Below are positions 1 through 13,700 of a DNA stretch of 64,000 nt, piece after piece. The notes beneath the pieces were generated by a model. It did no database searches, was not told where the DNA came from, and was given only the letters and a program-made list of their open reading frames with translations. The translations under genes and the position numbers were made by a program. The stretch is from Ramazzottius varieornatus. Its lineage: Eukaryota; Animalia; Tardigrada. Where the stretch lies: contig BDGG01000001.1 of the NCBI GenBank assembly GCA_001949185.1, positions 7,390,149 through 7,454,148 on the forward strand. The letters run 5' to 3'. The first letter of the stretch is position 1, and each line of letters opens with the position of its first letter.

Positions 1-1207
1 CCCCAACGCTACTGGTACACCCTCCACTACCCCAGTAACCGGAGGCACCGGCACGACTACCCTCAGTACGGGACCGACCGTAACTGGCGTCACCGTCACT
101 GGTACCACGGCCAGCAATACCGGTCCAACTACCACTCCCAACCCCAACGCTACTGGTACACCCTCCACTACCCCAGTAACCGGAGGCACCGGCACGACTA
201 CCCTCAGTACGGGACCGACCGTAACTGGCGTCACCGTCACTGGTACCACGGCCAGCAATACCGGTCCAACTACCACTCCCAACCCCAACGCTACTGGTAC
301 ACCCTCCACTACCCCAGTAACCGGAGGCACCGGCACGACTACCCTCAGTACGGGACCGACCGTAACTGGCGTCACCGTCACTGGTACCACGGCCAGCAAT
401 ACCGGTCCAACTACCACTCCCAACCCCAACGCTACTGGTACACCCTCCACTACCCCAGTAACCGGAGGCACCGGCACGACTACCCTCAGTACGGGACCGA
501 CCGTAACTGGCGTCACCGTCACTGGTACCACGGCCAGCAATACCGGTCCAACTACCACTCCCAACCCCAACGCTACTGGTACACCCTCCACTACCCCAGT
601 AACCGGAGGCACCGGCACGACTACCCTCAGTACGGGACCGACCGTAACTGGCGTCACCGTCACTGGTACCACGGCCAGCAATACCGGTCCAACTACCACT
701 CCCAACCCCAACGCTACTGGTACACCCTCCACTACCCCAGTAACCGGAGGCACCGGCACGACTACCCTCAGTACGGGACCGACCGTAACTGGCGTCACCG
801 TCACTGGTACCACGGCCAGCAATACCGGTCCAACTACCACTCCCAACCCCAACGCTACTGGTACACCCTCCACTACCCTAGTAACCGGAGGCACCGGCAC
901 GACTACCCTCAGTACGGGACCGACCGTAACTGGCGTCACCGTCACTGGTACCACGGCCAGCAATACCGGTCCAACTACCACTCCCAACCCCAACGCTACT
1001 GGTACACCCTCCACTACCCTAGTAACCGGAGGCACCGGCACGACTACCCTCAGTACGGGACCGACCGTAACTGGCGTCACCGTCACTGGTACCACGGCCA
1101 GCAATACCGGTCCAACTACCACTCCCAACCCCAACGCTACTGGTACACCCTCCACTACCCTAGTAACCGGAGGCACCGGCACGACTACCCTCAGTACGGG
1201 ACCGACT
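1..1207 (+). repeat. Coding minisatellite, 141-bp unit (47 codons), about 8.5 near-identical copies
   Basis: Units start at 1, 142, 283, 424, 565, 706, 847, 988 and 1129. The only difference seen is C>T at 879, 1020 and 1161 (Pro>Leu). Confidence 0.97.
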
Positions 1208-1567
1208 GTCACTGGGCCCGGTGGGACCGCTGTCACGACTGCGACCGGCCCCAGTACTGGCTCGACGGGCGTCGGAGGTATCACCGCGACGACCGTGGCG
1301 GGAACCGGAAGCACAGGCGCAACCAACACGAACAGTGCCTCGACAGTCACCGGCACTGGAGGAACTGGCTCTTCTGTACCGACCGCAAGTCCCGGCACCG
1401 CGAACACTGGTGCTACGACCACTCAAACTCCGTCGAGAACGACACCCTTTATTTATCCGTACACCGAAGCTCCAACCCACTACGGACAAACAGAAACCGT
1501 CGGTAGCAACTATGTGTGGTACTCACCTCGCGATCTCTATAACCGTATCTTTGCTCGATCCCTCTAG
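2..1567 (+). CDS. 3' part of a Thr/Gly/Pro-rich mucin-like protein (5' end outside the window)
   Basis: Frame 2 is open from base 2 to TAG at 1565-1567. It encodes about 8.5 copies of PNATGTPSTTPVTGGTGTTTLSTGPTVTGVTVTGTTASNTGPTTTPN, then a Thr/Gly-rich region and a unique tail (...YVWYSPRDLYNRIFARSL). AATAAA at 1622 and 1636. Confidence 0.8.
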   Translation, partial: PNATGTPSTTPVTGGTGTTTLSTGPTVTGVTVTGTTASNTGPTTTPNPNATGTPSTTPVTGGTGTTTLSTGPTVTGVTVTGTTASNTGPTTTPNPNATGTPSTTPVTGGTGTTTLSTGPTVTGVTVTGTTASNTGPTTTPNPNATGTPSTTPVTGGTGTTTLSTGPTVTGVTVTGTTASNTGPTTTPNPNATGTPSTTPVTGGTGTTTLSTGPTVTGVTVTGTTASNTGPTTTPNPNATGTPSTTPVTGGTGTTTLSTGPTVTGVTVTGTTASNTGPTTTPNPNATGTPSTTLVTGGTGTTTLSTGPTVTGVTVTGTTASNTGPTTTPNPNATGTPSTTLVTGGTGTTTLSTGPTVTGVTVTGTTASNTGPTTTPNPNATGTPSTTLVTGGTGTTTLSTGPTVTGPGGTAVTTATGPSTGSTGVGGITATTVAGTGSTGATNTNSASTVTGTGGTGSSVPTASPGTANTGATTTQTPSRTTPFIYPYTEAPTHYGQTETVGSNYVWYSPRDLYNRIFARSL

Positions 1568-1737
1568 TGACTACTGTGCACTTCTCAGTCTGTGTATTTT
1601 TGTATAAATTTCATTTTTCCCAATAAAAGTGTCTCAATAAAATGACCGGAAACGCATTTTAGATAAAGATAAAAAGATCTATTTGGGAGGGGAAAGAAAT
1701 CTCACTTTTCGTTCATCACCAAACCGCAACTTGTCGA

Positions 1738-4700
1738 TCACACCCAAGCATCCCAGCCGACAAAAATGCGACCCAGTAAGTTACTGTCGGTAGCTTGGTC
1801 AATCAGACACTGGACTTGGGCTTCGACAGACAAGCCGGTTTGTGGGTAAGCTCGACGAACACTATCCTTATCACCCAAACACCACTCAGTAAAATTCTTC
1901 AAAGAGAACAGTACCGACTTCTGGTTCGGGAACCACGGGTTGGCCAGCGCTTCGTCTCGGGTGATGTAGGCGGGATTCTCTCCCAGCAGCTTTCTGCCCA
2001 CTATGGCAATCTTGTCCTTTGCGAACCATGTCAGATCGCTGGTTGGTGTCGCCTCTGTAACAGCAACCACGGTCAGATCTTTACAGATTAGCACTGAAAC
2101 CAGTCAAGTTTGGGACGATCACAAATCGCCTGAGCAGGATCGTTTTCCCGATTGGCGCATACTTGCTGCCAATAAAAATAGAAACGTGCGCCACTTGAGA
2201 TAGTAGCAGATTCCATTAGTCTGCCGACGTCCCATTTAGTTCCGCAAAAATTCGTACCCTTAGCAGAGACTCTTCTGGCGTTACTGAGCCAGTCCATGGA
2301 AGGTTCCTGAATGAAGACGTCCATAGTAGCCATCAGAATTTGCCGTTCCTTCCTCAAGGCCCGCAAGGCGTGGATCATCGTCTGCTGGTACTTGCCCGCG
2401 TTCGTTTGTGGGTGCATCAGGTTGGTTATCTGTAGGACCGTATTTTTAAAAGGTACTACTTAGCCTTCGCACGATGTCAGCCAACAAGACTGAGAGCGTG
2501 CGCCACCTCAAAAAACCATGTTGTCTTTTTTGTCGCCGGGCTCCCATTTATTACCTGTCTGGTCAGTCTGAACGGGACCAGTTCCGGAACGGGCAGGAAC
2601 TGCGTACCAGAGCCGAAGGCATACCCAAAGTCAATTGGGAAGATGATACCGGTCTCCATGGATATCATGTTGTTACTCAAATGCCGATCGCCAATACCCA
2701 AGACGTACTGCGCCATGGACATTGCGCCTATCAAAAATCAAACTGAGGCTTCCTATCAATAGAAAATCACACCAGGTGCTCTGTTGACAGACAGGTCTTA
2801 CCCAGTGCTTCGGCAAAGTGGTTTCGGACGATACAGAAAGCGTCTGGTGAGACAGTGAGCTCTTGCATGCGCTGTCGAAGGAGATGCGGTGGAATGCGCT
2901 TTTCCCATTCCGCCAGCTTGGCCCGAATTTCAGCGGTTGGAATCTGAGCGTAATAGTTGTACGCCGTCGCTGAAAGAAACCCAATCAAATGTGAGTAACA
3001 AGGTCGGCAAGGCAAACTCAGGAAAAACTAACAGCTGCACTTACGGTGTTCGGCTTTGACCTTGGCTTCAAGCCATTTGGAGGCGTTGTACTTGGTCAGG
3101 TTGAACAGAGAGTCTGTCTCCTTATCACCGTGCACCAAAAAGTCCCGAAATGTGGCCGAGTTTTGTACCCACTCGATCAAACCCACGTGCGAGCTCATCG
3201 GGACGACCGCATATGTCTTGATCTGTAGACGACGCTTCGCACAGTCGGCATCCTAAACAGCACACGAACAAGTATTTCTCTACCATCCGCATTTTCAGAC
3301 AGGAGGGTACACTCTAAAATAGCCACCCACCTGAGAGAAGATTCGGTTCATCAGCACGAACAGCTGTTCGACACGCTGATCCAGCCGGATGTCTTCTCCG
3401 CCTTTGACCAGGTAGAAGTAATCCTTCTCGTCATCTCCACGGAAGACAATGCGCTTGGGCCGTTGTTTGGAGCCCAAAATAAGCACCTACCGTAAAACAC
3501 ATTAATTTAGGTTGTTCACCTACACTGGACGATGACTTCAACTGCGCTATTACGCTGTCGAGAAAACTCAAGTTTGATTCGACTTTTCGCTCTGGCTTAC
3601 TTCATCGCCGAAGGCGACAATCTTGACGTGGTCTTCCGGCCGAGGTTTCTCCTTTCCGTCATACTGTCCAGGAATCTCCAGTGTCGTTCCATACTTGAAA
3701 GGACTAAACTGCGCCATCCACAAGTTGAGGTCGGCCAGCCTGGCTGTTCCCGGTTCGGTCAGCTCTTTGAACTTTTTCTTGTTAGCGTCCACATGCTGCA
3801 GAACCTCATACAGCCTCTTTTTGCCCTCCTTGAACTGCGTGGCGAAACCGCTCGTCGGAACTTTCTTGCCTTCCCTCCCGAAGACCTTCAGGAACTCTTC
3901 CCGACAGTTGTCCTGCAACACCATAATGAGAAAGTGCCTTACAGAATATATGCGGAAGCTCGGCAAACAAACTCGGCAGGGTCGTGTTTTCAAGTTGCGC
4001 ATGCTTTCAAGGATGTTGGCTAACACCGCGCGCCACTTAGAGCAATCATCTTGGCGAGTTTTCAAGTGGTGCATACTCTCAGTGTTATCAGCTGGAAGCG
4101 TGCGCCGCTTGGGGAAATTATCTTGCCCAGCTTGTTTGCCAATGTGGATCACGTTTTCAATTTTTCTCATTTTGCACTGAGTTACTTGATTTTAAATATT
4201 ATTTCTTTCACCTGAAAGTTCTTCCAAGTGGGGTTTCTGCTTGAGGACTCCTTTCCTTGCTCGGTGAACAGACGGTTGTACAGCACAAGAAACTCTCTCT
4301 GCAACTGGCTAAACTTTTGTTCTTTGACAAGGTTTTCCGCCGTTTTCATGAACGCGGAAAACAATTGTGTGGGGACGTTGCTGATCAGGATGAGCTGCCG
4401 AAGGAAGTCGTCGACCAAGTTATTACTGAGAAGTTCGTCCAGCCGGTCACAGTACTCAAGAACCTTTCGCCCACTCTCACTGTCTTCCTCAAAGACGTAG
4501 CCCTCTTTGCTGATCTTGTATCCGTAAGTGACGGCGTTAGGGTATTCTTGGCTAAGCCGCAGCAGAATGTCAAAGACTTGAGGGCCCTCTTTCTTGTCCA
4601 GGATAGCCAGCATCTGGTTCGTCCAGGAGATGAACATCCACGACGGACATTCAGCACAGCCTTGCCTGCAAAACAATCGCATGCATATTTATTTGGAACA

Positions 4701-7700
4701 TCTCAAATTACAGTATATCGTACAGGTTGTTTCTCCCCGTTGCGCACGTTTTCGGCCAATCACAACGCAAACGTGCGCCACTTGAAACATGGATTTGGGT
4801 GCTGGTCGAGTCACATTTCATCTTTTTTAAGGCTTATTTAAGGCTTGAGAATGCACGGGGAAGGAAAATTTATAACATTCTCTGGCCTACGAAAACAAAT
4901 CGGTCAAACTTACTCAGAAAAATGTCGTGAACAATACTTGTGCTTGCTTGACCCCCGAACTTCCCATAGGAAGCGAGATTCAGAGATCCCGTGACCGGAA
5001 ACCCGAACCCATGAAAAAGTGCGTACTAACCGACGAAAAAAACGTCCCTATTAAACCCAACAGTCCCACTGCCTCGAGTAAGGCTCTTGATTAAGCATGA
5101 AGTTACCCCAGCCTGCTGCGGTGACACCCGTCCCTCGAGTATCGAGCCAGGAAACGGCTAGATATTAACTTTGGTTCATTTCACTTTCGAAATTTAACTT
5201 TGTTTTCGTGGTCGCACCTGAATTTCTGCCAAATTTTTGGATATTCGCGCAACCACACCAGCAGCCTGCAGAACAGGTCTCTGGCTTCCACGCTACCCAG
5301 CTCGATTGCTTTCAGTAAGACCGAAGTCCCCGTCGTAGCCAGCACCGAGTCATCCAAGACACCCTTTCCAATCATTCGGTCACAGTAGCGGAAAGTCTCC
5401 AGGAACGAATCGGCATCGGTCGATGTCTCACACAGCTCCGTAAACTCGGTGAACACCTATAAAAATCACAGCCGAATTCAACATGGAGTTTCCCATCGAA
5501 CAGAGGGATACGGACACGTAAGTAGAGTGGTTTGAGATCGCTAGTTCCATGCGCCAGTCCGAGTTCTTTCTGGTCAGCAGGCTGAAGCTTGATTTGGGAA
5601 GCATGGTCAGTCAAGAGCTCGGCAATGGAATGGCTGATTTTGGCGGCGAAGGAGCTCTGGAGGGTGGAACGGGCGTCGGCTTCCTGCAAGCTGTCTCGAG
5701 CGTTGTTGATCAGTTTCAGTGCGGACACCAGCTTGCTAAAGTTCTTCTGGGCATGCTCGGGCTCCGCGCCGTAGTGCTTGGCTCGTTCGACAGCAGCTTC
5801 CACCTGCAACCAAACAAGTACTATGAACTGAAGCATAGCACAATACAACCATATGTTGTCCAGAGAATAACGTAGAAAAACAAGCGAATGGTGGCTACAT
5901 GGTTTCCACGTAAAGAAACAGCTCGAATGCGCGAACTTCCGTCAGATAATTCCAGGTACTACTGGAAAGACGAAACATAGAAAATTCTCATATTTTTTCT
6001 ACGCTAGTTCGTTAAGAAAACAACGGGGTGAAAGCACAATCTTTAATTGATTTCTATATGCACTTTCTCTCACAAGTAACTTACATAAACTGCGAGGAAG
6101 CGATCCTGCAAAGACCGAATCTCCCCTGGCTCGGCAAAGTGCGTCGACTCGGGGAAGGCTCGTCTGGCTACTGGATCTGACTGCATGAGCATGGCATCCG
6201 TCAACCGGAAGCGATGCTGGCGAGAAGCCACGAAACCCAACTTCAGCTTCTGACTGACAGTGAATGCCGAAATGAACTCCTTCTCCACTAAAACAAAAAT
6301 CGACCCTCGTCAATTCCCTTTTCAACCAGCCAAAAACAAACATTGGGAAGAAATGAGAGTTCGGCAGGCAAACTCTTTCTCAAGAGGCGCACGCTCTCAG
6401 TTGATGACACTGTAGACTTGCGCCACTCCAAAAGGTGATCTGGTCGATTTTGAGTTTTTTGTCACGCGGCGCACGCTTTCAGTGCTACTGGCTGGGAGCG
6501 TGCGCTAGTGGGGAAAACGATCTGCCTGAGATTGTTTGCCGAGGCCTCAAAGGTTACCACGGTTTCCGGCCGCACTGTTGATGTCACCCGCCAGGAAGCA
6601 TCTATCGGTCACCAGCTGGTTCCATACGCTGGCTGACTCTGTTGGGTGTGGATACCTGTCGCCGCCAGCCAGGAAAACCAGGAATTGTTTAGCCAACTTG
6701 CTAGCGGCGTCCGGCTCTTTGATCATGCCTTCTCGGGTCTTCGTGTACCGCTTGGACTCTTCGATCAGCTGGACTAGCGGCATCTGCAAGCGTCGACTGT
6801 GCTGGTTCAGCTGCGGTGTACCGGCCCAGTCTTCTAGGAAACCTTTGAGAGCCAGCTTCAGGTAGAACTCTGCTTCAGAGTACTTGGAACGCTTGAGGCA
6901 GAAGGTAGCGATCTCCCAACCGTAGTTCCGCTCCAGCAGCTGTTTGCGTTGTGGAATGGCCAGGGCGTTGTTGAAGAACTCGGCCAAGTCACCTGGAAAA
7001 GAGTAACTCGGTCAACCTCAGTCCAGCCTACTTGAAGTTTCGGCTTCACAGTGCTTGTACCAGGAAACAAAGCAGAAAAAATGAAACATTTTCATGTGGT
7101 TTGGTGGAAAATTTGTACGCGATATCATTTCCTCCCGGATCAGTCGCTTAAGCCAAAGTTCTTTCTGTGCAATCGTGAATCTTCTTTTTATTCAAGCTAC
7201 ATTCAAGTATCGTCTAATAGCTATTTGTCTAATGGTGTTTGAATTACCTTCGGCTTCTTGGTCGTCTTGCAAAGACAGCATCAACTTGGCTTTGATGGCA
7301 TACGGCATGACTTTCTCGACCCATCCAGGCTTGTCCCACAAGGCATCTAAACTATCCAACTGAGTAGCGGTATCTTCGGCTGAAGGAGTAGAGGACTCTT
7401 GCAGGTCTTTCCACTGACCCAGCTCCTCAAGACACCGGAAATGCGACTGCTGCAGAACCTCATTCACCGCCTCATCAACCTATCGTCCAGAAACAATTAC
7501 AATTCAGGGAGCGATTGCTTTCAGTCTTGAAAACATCCGCTTTAAAACATGAGCTTCCATTTTCATTTTCAATTGGAGCTCGACCGACATAGTCGGGACA
7601 ATCGTTATCTCAAGTGGCGCACGTTTCCAGCCAGTAACAATTGTAATGTGCGCCACTTGAGATAACGATCGTCCCCTGTTTGCTTGTCTGGTTCTTCGCT

Positions 7701-10700
7701 GAGTCTGGTTTTTTGCAGTCTTCTTTTCAGAACAAATTTGGGGAAATCCGTACTGACTTGTGGTTCGTCTTGCAGCTTCTTGTACCGTCTCATCGCTTCG
7801 GTGTGGTCCCCTCGACATTCAGACCCAATCGCTTCGATTATATCGTCCGCGCTTTCTCTGCCAAAGATGGCGTCCAGCTTCAGACCGTGGATACTGTCTG
7901 TGTCGCCAACCGACTCCAGAAGGCGGTAGAGACCCAGCCAGTTCTCCGACTTGATGGTAGGTGCGCTTGTTGTCGTGCGCCGCCCCTTCTTCGGGGCTGG
8001 TTCCGAAATGTGGGCTGTCAGGATTTTCTTTTCCAGCACAGCGATACCCAAGTGCGGCTGTTGAGCCTTGAGGGCACCGGATGTGATCGCGTCAGCCGAA
8101 GCCAACTCCTGAAAAGAAAAATTCCTTCATGATGAAGCGTTGAATTCGAACTTAACTCAACGGTGATGCGAATTCCTGTTGGAAATAACGTAGAAAAGAC
8201 CAACTTGAAGAAAGTCCATCGACACTCGGTCATGCATGATTCAACAACCGAACACTCAACTTCGTATCGAAAAAAAAGGAGAATTTCGAAATAATGTTTT
8301 ATTGTGGTGTTTTCGAGAAGGATGGTCAGCATTCGTACCAGGAGTCTGGAAGTTTCTTCCGAGACGATATTCAGCAACGTCGACAAGAACATCACATCCG
8401 CCACCTGCTCACTCTTGATGATCTCGTTCAAATGCACCACCAATCCTTCCAAGGCTTCATCCACCGCTTCGCTATTCTTCCTAGCTTCCTCCACGATACA
8501 TTTGAACAAACTCTTCAGTACCTTCCCGGCCGTATGAGCATCTCTATCCGTCAGGATCTGCATGGGTGCGATCAGCGCGGAATACGGTATCTCCACATCG
8601 GGCACGTCACCCGTCCTGTACGTCCTCGACAGCTTCACGGTCATGTTCCTGTTTTCTCTATCCTGCTTCGCTTTCTCCTCACTGGCTTTCCGTTTATCTA
8701 GTTCCCTTCTAGCGAAGTAGTACTTGGACTTCTGGTCGCTGCCCTGAAAAAAAGGCCGATGTTGTCACTACCCGCAACAACATACCACATTTGAGAAGTC
8801 GGCAAACAAATTCGACAAGATAGTTCTACCGAGTGGCGCACTTTTTCAGTTGTATTGGTCGGAACCGTGCACCACTTCGGTAAACAATCTTGTCGACTTT
8901 GACTGTTTCCCAAGTGGCGCACGGTTTCGGCGTTATCAGCTGAAAGCATGCGCCAGTTGGGAAAACGATCTTGTCGAACTTTCTGGCGAGTTCTCATTTC
9001 TTTTCGAAAATATTTTTTAATTTTACTTGTTGGAAGCGTTGTTTGATGGCGTCCATCTGCCGCTTCACCCTGTCAGCTTCGACAGTCTGTGAGTCCTGTA
9101 GTGGTTGAGACTGGCTTTCGAAGGAGTGGAAGACGAGATCCCGGTGCGGCAGGTCGATCAGGAGGGACTGGGAGAACTGTGAGCCGTAGGTGAAACTGGA
9201 CACGTTAAGGGTGTTGGTGGAGTCTTGGGTGTTGGTGGCTTGTGTGGGTGTGAAGACTTGGGTGCGTAGGTTGGTGTGGGAGCGCTGAGAGGAACTTCCG
9301 AATGAAGCTCCGAAGGTCGAACTGGAGAAAGAGTTGGCCGTGATGGGAGCCATGGAAGAACGCTGCTTGAAGGTTGTCTCAATATCCTGTTGAAAAATAA
9401 ATTCCAGATTTCGAGAAATAAATTTTAAATTTGTAAAAATCTGAATGTTTGGAGCTCGGCAAACAAACTTAACAAGGTCGTCCCCCAAATGGCGCACGTT
9501 TCCAGATATACTGATTGAAAAATGCACCACTTCGACAAGCAATCTTGTCGAGTTAATTTGCCGAGCTCGCATATCAGAACTATTTCTAAATGTCTTAGAG
9601 ATCATAGTTTTTTCTAGATATACAATTCGGAATTTCGAATGAGCGGAAGAAATTTCGAGTAAGGTACCTGTCGGAAGAATTCGCAATCGGAAAGCTTTTT
9701 GAACAGTGGCTTATCGAAGAGCGGAGCATTGCGACAGAGGTCAAGCAGCAGGTGGCAGCACGTGGACAGGAAGGTGGTTTCCAGTTCGGGGTGGAGAAGG
9801 TTCTTGAAGAGGGCGATGAGACGAGCGAAGGTGGTGCCGGTCAAACGCTTCTCGGAAGCCCAGAAGGCGGTTAGGAGGTCTCGGACAGTCTGATCGCGGT
9901 CTTTCAGGCCGGCGAAAAGGTGGATTCGCACAGTCTCCATAACGCTCTTTTCTTCCTACAGAATACACCCTTTCAACAACTGTGGACGTTGAACACAAGA
10001 TTACAAAAGAACAAAATAAAATAAGTAAACAGTAATCACAAATAAAACTTCAAAGACCCGTTTATCAATTTTATCTACTTCCAGTGTGATGGAAATAAAT
10101 CCACAAACGTTCTAGCAAGCACCAACCTTTGTCTTTCCATTTTCGAAATGGTCGTACATCCACATGCAGAATTCGTACGCCCTCTGCCTCAGCAGCGGGC
10201 TATTATGGTTGAAGATGTCACTCATGGCGGTTAGCAGCTCTGAAAACTCTTGCGGCTCCATTTTCTTCGCGATGCCTTGATACAATTGCAGCGTCAGTCC
10301 CTGAATTTTCTCATCACTGCATCGAAGAAGAGACCGTTTGAAACTCGTATTCGTTCAAACTCAAATTAAAAATCCGTCTCACTTGTACTTCAAGGCGTTC
10401 AACAAATCTCGTTCCTTGAACTCGATGAAAGGGTGCTCAATGTCATCCACGGCGCTCAGGAGTATCTCCAGACACTTGGCTTTGGCAGGACCGAACAATG
10501 TAGGCAGAACGAAGAAGATTCGGTTCAGGTAGTCTTTGACAATTTTGGGGTAGCTGCGGGAGACTTGGTGCATGGTCTCTATGAACTGGTCTTTGTTGGA
10601 GTCTTGCTTGGCCGTCAACAAAGCGCGCACTTCGTCCACCGTGGAGTCCACGTGAGTCTTGTCGAGTTTGATGTCGATGGCTCGGGCAATGAGAAGACCC

Positions 10701-13700
10701 ATGACCAAGGCTGCCACACGGTATAATGGCTTCGAGGACTCCTACAAAAGACAGCCACTACAAGATGCCCAAAGAAAATATAAAACACAAATAATGCGCC
10801 AGTTGAAACTGGTGATTCGAAATCTAGCCGAGTCCACCTGCGCAACCTTAGCTCCTGTTGACGTTAGTCGATGCGCAAGCGACTGAAAAGACTATTGAAT
10901 CGCTCCAATAAAGCGACGCATACGAAAATTTAATAAATATTATGGATACTTTTTGGACTAGCAACTACTTACCTTCATGTGCAGCCCAAGTATTCTGCGG
11001 TACTCTTCGAACGCGGTGACGGTTAGGGGTAAGTTTGCGTCAAGGAGGATAGCCACGATGTTGATGACCGGGATGTTTTCTTTAGCTTTGGTCTTGTCAT
11101 TGGTCAGAAGACTACTGATGGTGTGCTTGGGCGGACTTTCCAGCAGTGGCTTCCACTTTTCCGCCATCAACCTTACCGTCTGCAAATTCTTCTTCTGAAC
11201 CTGCAAAACACCCAAGATTATCATGTTCTGTTAAAAATCCAAACCAACAATCTTCACATCTTTTCTGAAATGATATTGTTTTGCTGTGAACATTCTGGAT
11301 GTTATTTTTACCCCGGTGTTCGAATGCATGACGTTCTTTAGCACTCTAACAAAGACTCTCTGCAAGGCCTCGCTGTCCGTACTGCTCGGCATCTTCGACA
11401 TTGACCACACCAGCATGATATGAATCAAGTCAGCAATAAAGTAGTTGATACCACCTGACCAGTCCATACTCAACAGGACCTCACAGATGCCCGCGTACAG
11501 CTCGTCCGCGTGTTCGCCAAATACTGGCGTGGAGGAGTTCTCCATGTTGACGATGAGCTTGGCCAGGAACAGTCGGACATTCAGCTTGGTCTTCTTGTCT
11601 TCCAGCTTGTCCTTAATAGCGTTCACCCACTTAGGCATGTCACCGCCCATGGGTGAGATGTTCTTGACGATCATGTGCTGGATGAGAGCTACCAGCGTAG
11701 GCATGCACACGTGACGGTTCTATCGAAACAAGAATAACGAAAAAAGTAAATAATATCGTCCAATAAAACTGTAACTTGCAAAATCGGTAAACAAACACAA
11801 CCAGATTGTATACCAAAGTAGCGCATCTTTTCGGTAATAATGGCTGAAAGCGTGCGCCGCTTGGGAAAACTCAACCAGGTTGGTTCTCCGATGGCGCACG
11901 TTTTCTGCGTTGGTTTGCTAGAAGACTGCGTCACTTGAAAAAGCGACCTGGACGAGTATTCTCACTGAGCTCTTAAAGGTGGAGCTTACCAGTTCGTCCA
12001 TTTCGAGTTCGACGGATCCGATGACGCTGGCCGCTTGTGTCGGGTTGGCTTGGAAAATGACTGACGTGGAACGCGAAGTGCCGTTCGTGAAGTCGAAGCG
12101 GCCCAGTTCATCCATCAGGCTGCTTTCTTGTAACATCGGCGCGACGGAGGCTCTGGCTGAAGCGTAGCTTGACATCGTGAAGATACCTGAAACGTTATAC
12201 TTGGTTGGAAACTACACTGAGGAAACTTGAAGCTAAACGAAATCGTCGTAATTCTATGATAATGTTTATCACAATCAAAGTGTAGATTTTGTCTAAAACG
12301 TTCATAGTTTGAAGTCCCACACAAGAACGATTCGTTCCACGGTCGACCTACCTGCGGACATGGAACCGTTGGTGTCGCCGGTGATTTCTTTATGGACGGC
12401 GGCCAGTCTTTGCTGCCTCTTTGGCGTTTGTAAGAACTCCACAGGGAACACGTAGCTCTTCTCGATGTCCACAAGATTCTCCCACAAAAATCTTCCTTGC
12501 TCAGGCACTTCTTCGAACAGGCACTTGTAGTAGAACCTTAGGTCCATTTGGGTCGCCGTCATCGCACTGGCCAACGCGTTATACGCCGCACAGTGCAGCT
12601 CCAGTCGAACATCGGCCGTATTTTTCTCCGGTTCCACGTTTTCATGCGCCACTTTGTCCGCAGTACGACTAATGTATGCGACTAGCTCCGTACCTTTCGC
12701 GCTGTCAACGTTACCTGAAAGAACAATGAATAACTTGGCTCATTGTTACAGACTGGACACGGGCGGTACTTGAGACGACGATGTTCAGCGACTTTTTTGA
12801 CAGCCTCCCAAGTTCCACTTAGTCCAACAAATCAAACGTTTCATTTATTTGAGTAGTCGAGTTAATAACATTATCAAATCGGAAAAATATTCAATTAATC
12901 TATTAGATTTTACCTCCACTGGCTTCGACGAACGCTTTGACGACCGGTGACGTTGGCGAAGTCAAGTCAACTTTGGGCGTGGTGGCACAGAGGATCTCTA
13001 GCAAGTTGAAACAACAAGTCTGGACTGTCAGAAGTTCCCGGGTTGGGCTGCGTTCTTTCGTATCAAGGTGCTCCACGATGCTCTCCATATGCGCCTCGTA
13101 GAAAGCAGCACGGCTGTGCTGCGGTGCACTACGCAGCATCGGTAGAAGGACCAGCTCGCATGCGGCTTTGCGGTGTTCGGCACCAAAAGTCTTGCTGGCA
13201 AATATCTTCCAGGGAATGCCCAAAATATTCTAAGAGACCACAAACATCAGAAAACACTTCAACAACTTGCAACGAATAATTTGTGAGTGAAGACAGGCTC
13301 TTATGCACCACGTTATCCGAGTATTGGGTGTTTCTTGCGCACACTCGCGCTTTTTACTGTAAAAAAGTCTGTGACATGTGCGCAAGTTGGAGTGACCAGC
13401 CGCTGCAACGCCCCGATTAACTGAAGCGTAAAGAATGTTGTGTGGAGTCGGCGTTACCTGGATTTCGGTGGTGGTGGCATTGAGTGCAACAGCTTCGAAA
13501 GACTCCTGAAACCGATTCAACAGTGGGTGGTCAGTATCCCGACAGATCATCTTGACACAGACTTCGACGACCGAGTGGGCGGAAGGGACGTTGTCGATCG
13601 CGCTAAGGATGAGCGTAACGGCCTGAAGGTAGAAGGCTCGCTGGGCGCTGCCTTCCTTCAGCTCGGCGGACTTGATGGGGAAGTCGTTAATGTAAATGTG

